From positions 891-64,890 of the forward strand of contig JAIPFR010000001.1 in the NCBI GenBank assembly GCA_021736525.1: a stretch of 64,000 nucleotides of DNA, in the 5' to 3' direction. The position numbers were made by a program, and so were the translations under genes. Under the pieces are notes generated by a model that worked only from the letters and a program-made list of their open reading frames with translations, did not search any database and was not told the origin of the DNA. Positions within the stretch are counted from its first letter, which is position 1. The number at the start of each line of letters is the position of its first letter. Origin of the DNA: Spirochaetia bacterium. Its GTDB lineage: Bacteria; Spirochaetota; Spirochaetia; JABMQR01. Of the stretch, positions 1 through 9,897 are shown piece by piece.

Positions 1-1
1 T

Positions 2-1000
2 CCTCTGCATGGTTCCGGAAGTGTTCCAGTCCAGAAAATCTGCGGTGATCTGGGAATTAAATTGCACGTGGTTTCAGAGCAGGATAATGCGGACGGAAAT
101 TTCCCGACTGTTGAGCTGCCTAATCCAGAAGATCCAGGTGCGATGAAAATGGCTCTTGAGTTGGGGAAAAAGGTTGGAGCAGCTTTGATTATGGGAACGG
201 ATCCCGATGCTGACCGTTTGGGTATAGCCGTCCCTTCGAGCAGTAATAACGGCGGTTATTTACTCCTTACCGGAAACCAGACAGCTTCCCTGATATGTGA
301 TTATATGATTGAACGTCTTAACTTGCAGGAAGGAGATAACAGTTCTTTTTACTGTGTAAAAAGCCTTGTTACTACCGACTTGTTCAGAGATATAGCAGAA
401 AAGCATGGGGTGAAATCCATAGATACGCTTACAGGCTTTAAGTATATCGCTGAGCAGATTGCCAGAGGTGAGGCTGATGGAAAACAGTTTGTCTGCGGAG
501 CCGAAGAAAGCTTCGGCTTTCTGACAAACAGTTCGGTTCGTGATAAAGATGCAGTGTCAACTGCTGTTATAGTTATTGAAATGATGCTCTGGTATGCAAA
601 AAATGGTTATACTATCATTGAAAGACTTGAGGACCTCTGGCGCAAATATGGACGATACGACGAGTCCGTAGTCTCAAAAACACTCTCCGGGGCAAGCGGA
701 CTGAAGAAAATCGGATCGATCATGGAGAATCTTCGAAAAGAGCCCCCCACGGAATTTGGCGGAATGGCGGTGACTGAGTTTACCGATTTATCACAAGGAA
801 CATCTGGGCTTCCGAAATCAGATGTACTGATTATGCAGTTGGAAGGCGGCAGCAAACTGGTTGTACGTCCCAGCGGAACAGAGCCGAAAATTAAGTTTTA
901 TATTTTCTCCTACTGTGCCCCGGGAACGAAGCAAGCTGCTGAGATAAATCAGAAGAATACGCGGGCAATACTGGGTTCAATCGAGCAGCTGCTTTATTAA
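2..1000 (+). CDS. alpha-D-phosphohexomutase (phosphoglucomutase/phosphomannomutase) family protein, 5'-truncated by window edge
   Basis: Reading frame is open from nt 2 with no upstream stop. Translation contains GTDPDADR (PGM/PMM domain-III Mg-loop-like motif) and GAEESFG sugar-phosphate-binding loop. Stop at 998-1000. Confidence 0.75.
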   Translation, partial: PLHGSGSVPVQKICGDLGIKLHVVSEQDNADGNFPTVELPNPEDPGAMKMALELGKKVGAALIMGTDPDADRLGIAVPSSSNNGGYLLLTGNQTASLICDYMIERLNLQEGDNSSFYCVKSLVTTDLFRDIAEKHGVKSIDTLTGFKYIAEQIARGEADGKQFVCGAEESFGFLTNSSVRDKDAVSTAVIVIEMMLWYAKNGYTIIERLEDLWRKYGRYDESVVSKTLSGASGLKKIGSIMENLRKEPPTEFGGMAVTEFTDLSQGTSGLPKSDVLIMQLEGGSKLVVRPSGTEPKIKFYIFSYCAPGTKQAAEINQKNTRAILGSIEQLLY

Positions 1001-1812
1001 ATCTGTCGCCGGCCTTTTTTATTCTCTCCCCAGCTTGTTTTGTGGAAAACGATAATAGATCCTTCATGCCTGATAACATCCATACGGATGCCATATAAGC
1101 CAAACAGTGTTTCACTAGTCATGATCTCTTCAGGGGGACCGGCGGCAAAAACACTGCCTTGATTAAGCATAATCGTATAATCTGAGACCCGGGCTGCTGC
1201 AGAAGGATCATGCGTTGAAAAAAGAACGGTTAACCCCCTCGATGCTAATTCTGAAAGAATATCCAGGACCTTTCCTGTATTGGCAGGATCCAGATTGCTT
1301 GTCGGTTCGTCCAGCAGAATGATTTCTGGTTCCTGAGCTAGAGAACGAGCAAGCAGCACAAGCTGCCGCTCACCGCTGCTCAGAGAAGTTACACTTCTCC
1401 GGCAGAAATCCTTTAAACCAACGGCTTGAAGCGATTCCATAGCAATTCTGGTATCAATCTCCCCGGGAATGCCAATCTGGGGCAGGTATGGTGCCCTGCC
1501 GAACATGACATAATCAAGAGTAGTAAAAGAGAATTGTACTGGTTCATTTTGGGGTACAAGACTTAACGTCCGGCTGCGATCCCGCTTATTCATCAAATGA
1601 ATGCTTTTCCCATTAAGCAAGACTGTACCTGTTTCAGGAACCCTCCATCCGAGAAAAAGATCGAGCAGGGTAGTTTTACCCGATCCGTTGGGTCCCAGCA
1701 AGGCTGAAACTTTCTTTCGTGGAATAGCTGCAGAAGCATCATCTAATGCTTTTTTTTTGGAATATGGGTAGGTATAGGATGTGTGAACAGCAGATACGGC
1801 TATATCGTTCAT
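997..1812 (-). CDS. ABC transporter ATP-binding protein (iron-siderophore/cobalamin FecE/BtuD-like)
   Basis: Walker [17 protein letters not shown] signature LSSGERQ, Walker [12 protein letters not shown]. First of three co-oriented uptake genes. Confidence 0.8.
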   Translation of the reverse strand: MNDIAVSAVHTSYTYPYSKKKALDDASAAIPRKKVSALLGPNGSGKTTLLDLFLGWRVPETGTVLLNGKSIHLMNKRDRSRTLSLVPQNEPVQFSFTTLDYVMFGRAPYLPQIGIPGEIDTRIAMESLQAVGLKDFCRRSVTSLSSGERQLVLLARSLAQEPEIILLDEPTSNLDPANTGKVLDILSELASRGLTVLFSTHDPSAAARVSDYTIMLNQGSVFAAGPPEEIMTSETLFGLYGIRMDVIRHEGSIIVFHKTSWGENKKGRRQI

Positions 1813-2828
1813 AATGATTCACCCAATCCTCTTGGAGAAGTGAGAATTACCACAAAAAGCATAGCTCCGGTAATGCTGGTTATTATGCCAAGCGGCAGTT
1901 CTCCAGAAAGGATAGTACGTCCTGCTGTATCGCTGAGAAGTAAATACAAAGCTCCGGTAAGCATGGTCAGGGGAAGTGCCTGTCTCGAATTGGCCCCGAT
2001 GACCCTTCGGGCAATATGCGGAACAATAAGTCCGATCCATCCAACCAGCCCGCTCACAGAAATTGCGGCAGCAGTCCCGGCTGTAGCCGTCAGAAGAATA
2101 AAACGCTTTTCCCATTTTGGGGATATTCCGGAAGAAAAAACCGTTCTGTCATCAAGAGAAAGAATGTTTATTCTCCACCTGAACAGGAACATGATAATCA
2201 AACTGGCGGAACAGACAGGCAGAATGCTGAAAAATGTTTGCCAGTCTGCATTCCACAACCCTCCCAGAAGCCAGAAGGTTATATCCTGAAGTTGGCTGAG
2301 CGGGTCGGCCATATACTTGATAAAGCCAAGCCCGGAAGAAAAAATGGCTGACACGGCTATTCCTGCAAGAACCAGGCGCAGAATCCATCCTCCAAAATGA
2401 AAATGTGAAGCCAAATAAAGGGAAAGAACAAGGCCGATTAAAGCAAAAAAGAAGGCACTTGCCTGAATAATCACAGGGGCATATCCGAAAAGGAGAATAG
2501 ACCCGGCAGCTCCAAACGCAGCACCCTGAGAAACACCAAGAAATCCCGGTTCAACAAGCGGGTTTGCAAACAGCATCTGAAAGACAAATCCGGAGGCTGC
2601 CAGAACTGCCCCTGTAAGCACCGCCGTCAGTATTCTAGGCATTCTTATCAAGGTTATAATATTAAGCAATAGCGTGTTTTCTACTTGGAACGCTGCAAAA
2701 GAAATTCCCGGGGTGGGATATCTTCCCGTGAAAAGAGCAAGAAAAATACTGAGAAGCAGAACTGCCGTTATAACCGCAAAAGTATGCGGAGCGGTATTAT
2801 ACTGCCGTGAGCGCTTATGATGGACCAT
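1809..2828 (-). CDS. ABC transporter permease, FecCD/BtuC family
   Basis: 339-aa polytopic hydrophobic protein, overlaps ATPase gene by 4 nt, typical FecCD organisation. Confidence 0.75.
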   Translation of the reverse strand: MVHHKRSRQYNTAPHTFAVITAVLLLSIFLALFTGRYPTPGISFAAFQVENTLLLNIITLIRMPRILTAVLTGAVLAASGFVFQMLFANPLVEPGFLGVSQGAAFGAAGSILLFGYAPVIIQASAFFFALIGLVLSLYLASHFHFGGWILRLVLAGIAVSAIFSSGLGFIKYMADPLSQLQDITFWLLGGLWNADWQTFFSILPVCSASLIIMFLFRWRINILSLDDRTVFSSGISPKWEKRFILLTATAGTAAAISVSGLVGWIGLIVPHIARRVIGANSRQALPLTMLTGALYLLLSDTAGRTILSGELPLGIITSITGAMLFVVILTSPRGLGESL

Positions 2829-2830
2829 AG

Positions 2831-4009
2831 TTACTCGATAGTTTTCAACGAACTGCTGAAACGGGAAAGCAGCTCTTCTATAACAGCAGGATCATCTATG
2901 TTATATAAATCTTTGTAAAATGATGATATTTGAGTCTCAATCTGCAAATCGGCAAACAATTCCGGGTGAAGCTCCTTGGCAAGCCACTGCAGCCCGAGTA
3001 TCCATCTCGTGTCAGGCTGAGCCCAATTATGGAAGTCAGCCGGAAACGTTGAAATAAAGCCATTTCTATAGGCAGAAAGGTTTTTCCACAATGCAGACTG
3101 TTCTATTTCCTCAAGGTATGCAGCAGCCGGGGTCTTGTAGCTGATTATATAGATGCGATCAGGATCCCAGGCCGATATTTGCTCAAAACTGACAAGCTGC
3201 CAATTATTGGAAGCTGCCGAATCTGCCCAGACCGGATTGCCGCCGGCTTCTCTGGTTATGAATGTCTGAATCCATGAAGCCGGAGGAATCTGGAACGATG
3301 TAATACCGTCTGAGGAGTTCGCATAGAGCAGCAGGACATCTTCTTTTACTTCAGGAGAAAGCGGCTCAGTACGACTTGAAACGGTTTCCAGCCATTTTTC
3401 ATAGAGGTCTGTTATGTTTCTGGCAGTTTCCTTTTCTGAAAAGAGATTGCCAAGCTCGATAATTTCTTCAATATAATCTTCAGGGCTTTCGAGATACATA
3501 GTGAACACCGGTATTCCGAGTTTTTCCAGCTGCTTGCCAATGGAGTTGTAGTTGCGATCTTTTATGATAACAAGATCCGGCGAAGTCCCTGCAATCTCCT
3601 CAGCGCTTACCGTGTGGGGTAATCGGTCTTTTACATCTGAGAGATACAATCTATAAAAATCTCCCAGCCCCTGATCTGTAATCCCCAATGCTTTAATACT
3701 TGTATTGTACGATTCGAAAAGAACTACAGCATCTGCAGGGATCAAGGTTGCTTTACCTGCGATAACAATTGATGCAGGCCGCTTATCCAGCGTTACCTGA
3801 TTTCCCAGAGAATCAATGCCTGAATAGATTCTATTATCACCTGAAGCCGATGGCGAAACAGGAGAGAGGGAAGAATCAGCCGTGCCGCCGGCAAAAACAG
3901 ACATAGACAGAAGTATTCCGAATATTACTGTCAAAATGGAGAGTCTTTTTATCCGCAGAATAACGATTGGAAAAAGTTCTGACATTTGTTTCATAAAGAA
4001 GCTCCTCAA
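2831..4009 (-). CDS. ABC transporter periplasmic substrate-binding protein (class III, siderophore/B12-type)
   Basis: N-terminal signal peptide, 392 aa, immediately upstream of permease and ATPase in same orientation. Confidence 0.6.
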   Translation of the reverse strand: MRSFFMKQMSELFPIVILRIKRLSILTVIFGILLSMSVFAGGTADSSLSPVSPSASGDNRIYSGIDSLGNQVTLDKRPASIVIAGKATLIPADAVVLFESYNTSIKALGITDQGLGDFYRLYLSDVKDRLPHTVSAEEIAGTSPDLVIIKDRNYNSIGKQLEKLGIPVFTMYLESPEDYIEEIIELGNLFSEKETARNITDLYEKWLETVSSRTEPLSPEVKEDVLLLYANSSDGITSFQIPPASWIQTFITREAGGNPVWADSAASNNWQLVSFEQISAWDPDRIYIISYKTPAAAYLEEIEQSALWKNLSAYRNGFISTFPADFHNWAQPDTRWILGLQWLAKELHPELFADLQIETQISSFYKDLYNIDDPAVIEELLSRFSSSLKTIE

Positions 4010-4218
4010 TTTAGAAAATGTGTATTGAAACAGTTGGTTGAATCTTGACTATACTATCATTATACATACAGAAACACAATGGGAAAAATATGATTAAATC
4101 CATGATTTCTCTTCAAGCTAACAGGTTTTCCTTGATTGCAAAAAAAAGTGATAACCTGTAATCTACATATACCATGTTTGGTATTTTGTGTAAGTAAAAA
4201 GATAAACGGAGCCCTGTC

Positions 4219-5547
4219 GTGATAAATACAGAACTTGCCGGCAATCTGGAGAAAGTTAAAGCAGCCCAGAAAATTCTGGCAGTAACAACCAGGGAAGATA
4301 GAGATGCTTATCTGTCTGACGTCGCTGAAATTCTCAGAAATAGAAGTACTGCAGTATTTGAAGCAAACAGAAAGGATATTGCACGGGCAGAAAAAGAACA
4401 TCTCGCGAAACCGCTGATTAAGCGCCTGTTATTTGATAAAGGCAAATTGGATTCGGTTCTGGCCGGAATTGACCAGGTTATCAGCTTGCCTGATCCAAAC
4501 AATAGAATTCTTGAAGCTCGAGAACTTGATGAAGGACTCATACTGAAACGCGTCAGCTGTCCAATAGGCGTTATCGGCATGATCTTTGAGTCCAGACCTG
4601 ATGCCCTCATACAGATAGCCTCTCTTTGCATTAAAAGCGGTAATGGAATTGTTCTCAAGGGAGGTTCTGAGGCTGCTGAAACAAACAGAATTCTGGCATC
4701 CATATTTCAGGAAGCTGCGGCAGCCCGGAAAGGTGGCAGGGTTCCTTCCGAATGGATATATCTTCTGGAAACACGGGACCAGGTTAAGGAAATGCTGAAG
4801 TTGGATGCATTCATAGATCTTCTCATCCCCCGCGGCTCTAATAGTTTTGTGAAATATATAATGGATAATACCAATATTCCTGTGCTTGGTCACGCAGAGG
4901 GCATCTGTCACAGCTATATCGATGCTGATGCGGACATTGCTAAGGCAGTACGCATAACGGTAGACGCAAAAAGCCAGTATCCGGCGGTATGCAATGCACT
5001 TGAGACTCTGCTGGTAAATCGTGAAATCGCTCAGGATTTTTTACCGCCGCTTGCTGAGGCGATGAAAAAAGTCGGCGTAGAGCTTCGAGGTGATGCTGCA
5101 GTATGCTCCATTATTGACTGCATACCCGCTGAAGAAGCTGATTGGCGAACCGAGTATCTCGACCTGATACTTTCGATAAAAATTGTCGACAGCTTTGATA
5201 ATGCTGTAAATCATATTCATACATATGGATCAGGTCATACCGATTCAATCATAACTGAATCACCGACTCAGGCTGAGCTGTTTATGCAGACTGTAGACTC
5301 TGCTGATGTTATGTGGAACTGCAGTACCCGTTTTTCCGATGGTTTCCGCTATGGCCTGGGGGCTGAAGTCGGTATCAGCACGTTAAAAATTCATGCACGG
5401 GGGCCGGTCGGTCTGGAGGGCCTCATGAGCTACAAGTGGAAGCTCTACGGCAGCGGGCAAATTGTCGCTGACTATACAGGTTCAAATCCGCGGAAGTTCA
5501 CCCATAAAAAAATTCTTCAGGAGCAGGTGAGTGGACCGCAAAATTGA
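4219..5547 (+). CDS. proA: gamma-glutamyl phosphate reductase
   Basis: Aldehyde-dehydrogenase fold with ProA catalytic Cys context GHAEGICHSYID; GTG start; followed by overlapping proB. Confidence 0.9.
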   Translation: MINTELAGNLEKVKAAQKILAVTTREDRDAYLSDVAEILRNRSTAVFEANRKDIARAEKEHLAKPLIKRLLFDKGKLDSVLAGIDQVISLPDPNNRILEARELDEGLILKRVSCPIGVIGMIFESRPDALIQIASLCIKSGNGIVLKGGSEAAETNRILASIFQEAAAARKGGRVPSEWIYLLETRDQVKEMLKLDAFIDLLIPRGSNSFVKYIMDNTNIPVLGHAEGICHSYIDADADIAKAVRITVDAKSQYPAVCNALETLLVNREIAQDFLPPLAEAMKKVGVELRGDAAVCSIIDCIPAEEADWRTEYLDLILSIKIVDSFDNAVNHIHTYGSGHTDSIITESPTQAELFMQTVDSADVMWNCSTRFSDGFRYGLGAEVGISTLKIHARGPVGLEGLMSYKWKLYGSGQIVADYTGSNPRKFTHKKILQEQVSGPQN

Positions 5548-6637
5548 GTACAGCAAACGGGTAACGATAAAGATCGGAACAAATCTCCTGAGCATGGGGT
5601 CCGGGATCAACCTTGATTTTCTGGAAGATATTGCCAGGCAGATAGCTCAGCTTCGCTCCCGGGGAGTGGAGGTGCTTCTTGTCAGTTCCGGAGCAATCGG
5701 CATGGGGGCAGGTGAACTGGGTATTACTGAAAAAGTAACATCCATTCCACTGCGACAGGCGTGCGCCTCAATCGGCCAACCCCTTCTCATGCACCACTAT
5801 AGGGAAATATTTCGCCGCAGGGATATTATTATTTCCCAGATTCTCCTTACAAGGGAAATCCTTGATAATCGCCAGAGCTATCTCAATTTGCAGAATTCTG
5901 TAGAAACCCTTCTGCAAATGGGGGTAATGCCGGTATTCAATGAAAACGACAGCGTTTCAACTGCAGAAATCGGATCAGCTTTCGGAGATAATGACACCCT
6001 CAGTGCGTTAATTGCCAGTAAGACTGATTCAGATCTTCTGATTATCCTTACCGATATTGATGGTTTATACAATAAGGACCCGACCAGGTATGATGATGCC
6101 GTAATCATTCCTTATGTAGAAGAAGTTACTGAAGAAGTAAAAAGCTGGGCCGGCACTGGAACAGGCGGCAGCACGTTCAGTACTGGCGGTATGCAGACAA
6201 AAATTCAAGCAGCCCGGATTGCTTCCGGAGCCGGATGCTCAAGCATTATCGCCCACGGGAGGGCAAGTGACATTCTTCTACGACTATTTGACGGGGAACT
6301 CCTGGGTACATATTTTGAAGCAAAAGATAAAATGCCTCAGCGCGTCCGTTGGATACTCCACACCCAGCCGTCAGGAACGATCTATATAGATGCAGGAGCT
6401 GAAGAAGCAATAAAAAAACGAAAAAGCCTTTTACCGGTGGGAGTAATTAAAGTTGACGGCGTTTTTTCAAAAGGAGCAGTTGTTCTGATTAATGACGTAG
6501 CAAAGGCTGTAACTTCCCTGACAAGTGAAGAAATTCGCAGCAGTATCGGTTACAGCAGCAGTGACATACGAATAAAAACTGGTTTGAAAGGTAAAGTACT
6601 CATAGCTAGACCGGAAGAAATTGTTTTTTTGCAATAG
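5531..6637 (+). CDS. proB: glutamate 5-kinase with C-terminal PUA domain
   Basis: Amino-acid kinase fold (VLLVSSGAIGMG), C-terminal PUA region; overlaps proA by 17 nt (operon). Confidence 0.9.
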   Translation: MDRKIEYSKRVTIKIGTNLLSMGSGINLDFLEDIARQIAQLRSRGVEVLLVSSGAIGMGAGELGITEKVTSIPLRQACASIGQPLLMHHYREIFRRRDIIISQILLTREILDNRQSYLNLQNSVETLLQMGVMPVFNENDSVSTAEIGSAFGDNDTLSALIASKTDSDLLIILTDIDGLYNKDPTRYDDAVIIPYVEEVTEEVKSWAGTGTGGSTFSTGGMQTKIQAARIASGAGCSSIIAHGRASDILLRLFDGELLGTYFEAKDKMPQRVRWILHTQPSGTIYIDAGAEEAIKKRKSLLPVGVIKVDGVFSKGAVVLINDVAKAVTSLTSEEIRSSIGYSSSDIRIKTGLKGKVLIARPEEIVFLQ

Positions 6638-6645
6638 GCAGTTAT

Positions 6646-7572
6646 ATGCAGAATACCAGTAAGCGATCAGCATATACCGTGAAAAGGATCCCGAATCAGC
6701 CGCCTCCTGCCATTCACGATATCGGGGTCGTGCTCCTCCACAGAAAAGGGGCTTTGACAATTTATCAGGCGGTTAAAAAGCTTGAACCGTATCAGCTCTT
6801 TGAATGTGCCGTACTTGTTCATGCTGATGATTTACCAGATCCGCTTGATGACCTTATGCGAACTTGCCCCTGGGTTACTTTTATTGTTTTTACCGGCAGC
6901 TCACTTCCAGGAACAAGAATCAACGCTGCTGCAAATGAGATATCATCAGATTACTTTTTTGTTTTCTGGGATGATATGACGGTTATTTCCGGACCAGATC
7001 CTCGTCTTGTTCAATGGATACGGGTAAATAAGCCGATTTGTGCAGCACCAATTCTGTCCTATGAAAATGAACTTCTTCCAGTAGTACATATGCCGATTCA
7101 ACATAACGGCAAATTTTCCGTCTGGTCTTTTCCGCCTTTTATGGACAAGACTCCAAATATGTTCCCTTTTGACTATTGCGGAGTCTACGATCGCACAGCT
7201 CTCCAGCGACTTGGAGGATTCTGTCCAGATTTCAATCTTCCCTACTGGCAGCTGGCTGATTCCGGTATCAGAAGCTGGCTGGGTGACTGGAGGATTCTCA
7301 CATGTAACGGCCTGATGTTGTCTTATGACAGAGATCGCCCCTGTATTGATACAACTGAAAATGAAGACTACCCTCTGTTTATGCGAAGAAATGCAGGGTT
7401 CAGCTTCAGGAACGGTAAAATTAAGGTTAATAAAACTATCAGCGGTTTGCGTATAAGTCGGTTAGAGCGGGAAGAGATTATGGAAATACAGCATTGGGCC
7501 AGGCAGGATCTGGAAACATTGCTGCGTGAATGGAAAGCCCCAGAGGAAGGAAGCAATGAAGCAATCGGTTAG
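6646..7572 (+). CDS. hypothetical protein, possible GT-A fold (glycosyltransferase family 2-like)
   Basis: 308 aa. Pattern HADD ... TGSSLPGTRINAAANEISSDYFFVFWDDM resembles the GT2 layout (DD..N.G.A.N.....DY..F.D.DD). Overlaps downstream amidase start by 17 nt. Confidence 0.4.
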   Translation: MQNTSKRSAYTVKRIPNQPPPAIHDIGVVLLHRKGALTIYQAVKKLEPYQLFECAVLVHADDLPDPLDDLMRTCPWVTFIVFTGSSLPGTRINAAANEISSDYFFVFWDDMTVISGPDPRLVQWIRVNKPICAAPILSYENELLPVVHMPIQHNGKFSVWSFPPFMDKTPNMFPFDYCGVYDRTALQRLGGFCPDFNLPYWQLADSGIRSWLGDWRILTCNGLMLSYDRDRPCIDTTENEDYPLFMRRNAGFSFRNGKIKVNKTISGLRISRLEREEIMEIQHWARQDLETLLREWKAPEEGSNEAIG

Positions 7573-8395
7573 GACAGTGCTGGCATCGGCAGTGTGGCTG
7601 ATACTGTTTCTTTTTTCTCTTTCTGCATCAACTCCTGTAGAGGATGGTGTGTTCCTGCAAAAAGTTGGCAGTATCATTCTTGATCCGGGACACGGCGGCA
7701 GCGATCCCGGAGCCGTTGGAACCTTGAGAACTTCAGAAGGCTCTCTGACAATTTTTGAAAAAGATGTAAATCTCTCAGTTGCCTTGCAGATTTCGGAGAT
7801 TCTTTCAGCATCTCGACCAGAAATGAATATAATCCTGACGAGAAAAGATGACTCATCAGTTTCCCTGCAGGAGCGTGCCCATACAGCAAATGCAGCATTA
7901 GCCGGAGAAGTTGGAAGTGGAGGTGGAGGTGGAGGTGGTGGTGGGAGTAAGATATTTGTTTCTATTCACGCTAATTCAATCGGTGGGGCAGGGGCTGATG
8001 CCGTTTACGGCTACGAGCTGTGGAAGCGGTTTCGCAGTCAGCGTTACGACTTTCTTTCTGCTGTCGTTCCTGAGACTGCTGTGGAGAAAAGAGTCATTTT
8101 GACAAATGATGATTTGAATGTTGAATTGGATCGGGCTGAGGAACTGCTTTCAGAAAGTCTCCTGATGGCCCTGGACGCATCACTCTCTCACGAAACAAAG
8201 AGCAGAGGTATAAAAGAAGCCGGTTTTTATGTCCTTATGCACAGTTATATGCCGTCAGTTTTGGTTGAAATGGGATTCATGTCTAATGAGTCGGAACTGA
8301 TCAAACTTACCGACCCTGGATATCAGAAACTGTTGGCTGAATCAATAGCCCGGGGACTGCTTTTTTACTGCAGTCTGTTTGAGGATAGTCAATAA
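7556..8395 (+). CDS. N-acetylmuramoyl-L-alanine amidase (Amidase_3 family) with signal peptide
   Basis: DPGHGGSDPGAVG and VSIHANS Zn-amidase motifs. Start placed at ATG 7556 (RBS GAGGAAGGA upstream, followed by MKQSVRTVLASAVWLILFLF signal peptide) rather than ORF-track 7526. Confidence 0.8.
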   Translation: MKQSVRTVLASAVWLILFLFSLSASTPVEDGVFLQKVGSIILDPGHGGSDPGAVGTLRTSEGSLTIFEKDVNLSVALQISEILSASRPEMNIILTRKDDSSVSLQERAHTANAALAGEVGSGGGGGGGGGSKIFVSIHANSIGGAGADAVYGYELWKRFRSQRYDFLSAVVPETAVEKRVILTNDDLNVELDRAEELLSESLLMALDASLSHETKSRGIKEAGFYVLMHSYMPSVLVEMGFMSNESELIKLTDPGYQKLLAESIARGLLFYCSLFEDSQ

Positions 8396-8437
8396 TGCCT
8401 CAGCAGCTGTTTATCCGCACTAAAATTTCAATATCTA

Positions 8438-9874
8438 TCAGTCGCCGCGAAAAGAGCTGATCAACTGCTGTTTAAGGTTTTTAAGCTCAGGTGTAAGGGA
8501 AACCTTAAAAACATGGGGGTTAATTAGCCGTTTGTAAGTTTTGTGAAGAGTTGCCAACTCTTTTTGAACTGTATTCTGCAAGGTGTGAACTCCGGGATCT
8601 TCAACTGCCCGTTTTCCTTGAGATATTTTTTTCACCAGCAGCGGCCTGATTTCGGTATACCTGCCCGATTTCATAAGAAAACGGTCTGTACTGTTATATG
8701 GATGGAGAAAAACATAGTCATTACCGACAGTAACATCTTCGTTATCCAGGGCAATCAGATCCGCTATAGCATTCTGCTGCGCATCGTAGAATCGGTATAC
8801 TTGCTTGATGCCCGGATCAGTTGTTTTAGTAAGGGTATTTGATACCTTCATTGTCGGTTCATAAATACCTGCGTTATTTTTTTTTGCGGACAGCTTATAT
8901 ACGCCGTTCATGGATGACTGTCTGCCTCCGGTAACCAGGTGAGTTCCAATTCCCCAGACATCTATGGGAGCCTGATCTGCCACCAGCAGGGTAATTATTT
9001 CTTCATTCAAGTCGTTTGAAACAACAATTTTTGCATCCTCAAGGCCGGCTTCATCAAGTCGATCGCGAACACTCCTGCTGAGATAACTGAGGTCACCACT
9101 GTCAATTCTTACTCCGATGCTCTTTCCCCGCTCCTGTAATTCACGTCCGACGATAATTGCGTTATCGATTCCCGAACCTAAGGTGTCATACGTATCAATA
9201 AGCAGAGTGCAGGTATCAGGATAAATGTCAGCAAATACTCTGAAGGATTCAAGTTCACTCGGAAAAGCCATTACCCAGGAATGGGCCATCGTTCCACTTA
9301 CCGGTATCCCAAATTTCTTTCCAGCTAAGGTATTGGAAGTTGCAGCTGCTCCCCCGATAAAAGCAGCCCGTGAAGCGGAAATTGCACCGTCAACACCCTG
9401 CGCTCTCCGAAGTCCGAATTCAAGTATTTTTCCATAATTTGAAGCATGAAATACATGCGACATCTTGGTTGCAATGAGAGTCTGGAAATTAATAGTATTG
9501 AGGAGTATGCTCTCGATGAGCTGGGATTCAATCAAATTGCCGTGAATTCGCATAAGCGGTTCCCCAGGGAAAGCTACAGTACCCTCATTCATGGCATACA
9601 TATCTCCCTTGAAGCGGAAGGTTGAAAGAAAATCAAGAAATGAGCGGTGAAACATACCGGTTGTTTCCAGATAGGCAATATCTTCCCGGGAAAAGTGAAA
9701 ATTCTCGATTATATCAATTAAATCATTCAGCCCGCAGAAAACAGAAAATCCTCCGTTAAAAGGCTGGGAACGAAAAAACATATCAAAGATAACCTGAGGG
9801 TTCTTTTGCTGCAGAAAAAAACCCTGAGCCATCGTGAGTTCGTAGAAATCCGTCAGAAGGGCTGAAGTTTTCAT
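8438..9874 (-). CDS. pncB: nicotinate phosphoribosyltransferase
   Basis: 478 aa; N-terminus MKTSALLTDFYELTMAQGFF is characteristic of NAPRTase. Confidence 0.85.
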   Translation of the reverse strand: MKTSALLTDFYELTMAQGFFLQQKNPQVIFDMFFRSQPFNGGFSVFCGLNDLIDIIENFHFSREDIAYLETTGMFHRSFLDFLSTFRFKGDMYAMNEGTVAFPGEPLMRIHGNLIESQLIESILLNTINFQTLIATKMSHVFHASNYGKILEFGLRRAQGVDGAISASRAAFIGGAAATSNTLAGKKFGIPVSGTMAHSWVMAFPSELESFRVFADIYPDTCTLLIDTYDTLGSGIDNAIIVGRELQERGKSIGVRIDSGDLSYLSRSVRDRLDEAGLEDAKIVVSNDLNEEIITLLVADQAPIDVWGIGTHLVTGGRQSSMNGVYKLSAKKNNAGIYEPTMKVSNTLTKTTDPGIKQVYRFYDAQQNAIADLIALDNEDVTVGNDYVFLHPYNSTDRFLMKSGRYTEIRPLLVKKISQGKRAVEDPGVHTLQNTVQKELATLHKTYKRLINPHVFKVSLTPELKNLKQQLISSFRGD

Positions 9875-9897
9875 TTTTACGTTACCCGCTCATTCAC

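Noticed and set aside
4010-4218. Possible cobalamin riboswitch upstream of the Fe/B12-type ABC uptake operon
   Set aside because: I found no B12-box (GCCACTG-like) or conserved cobalamin-riboswitch core in either orientation. The region reads as an AT-rich divergent promoter.
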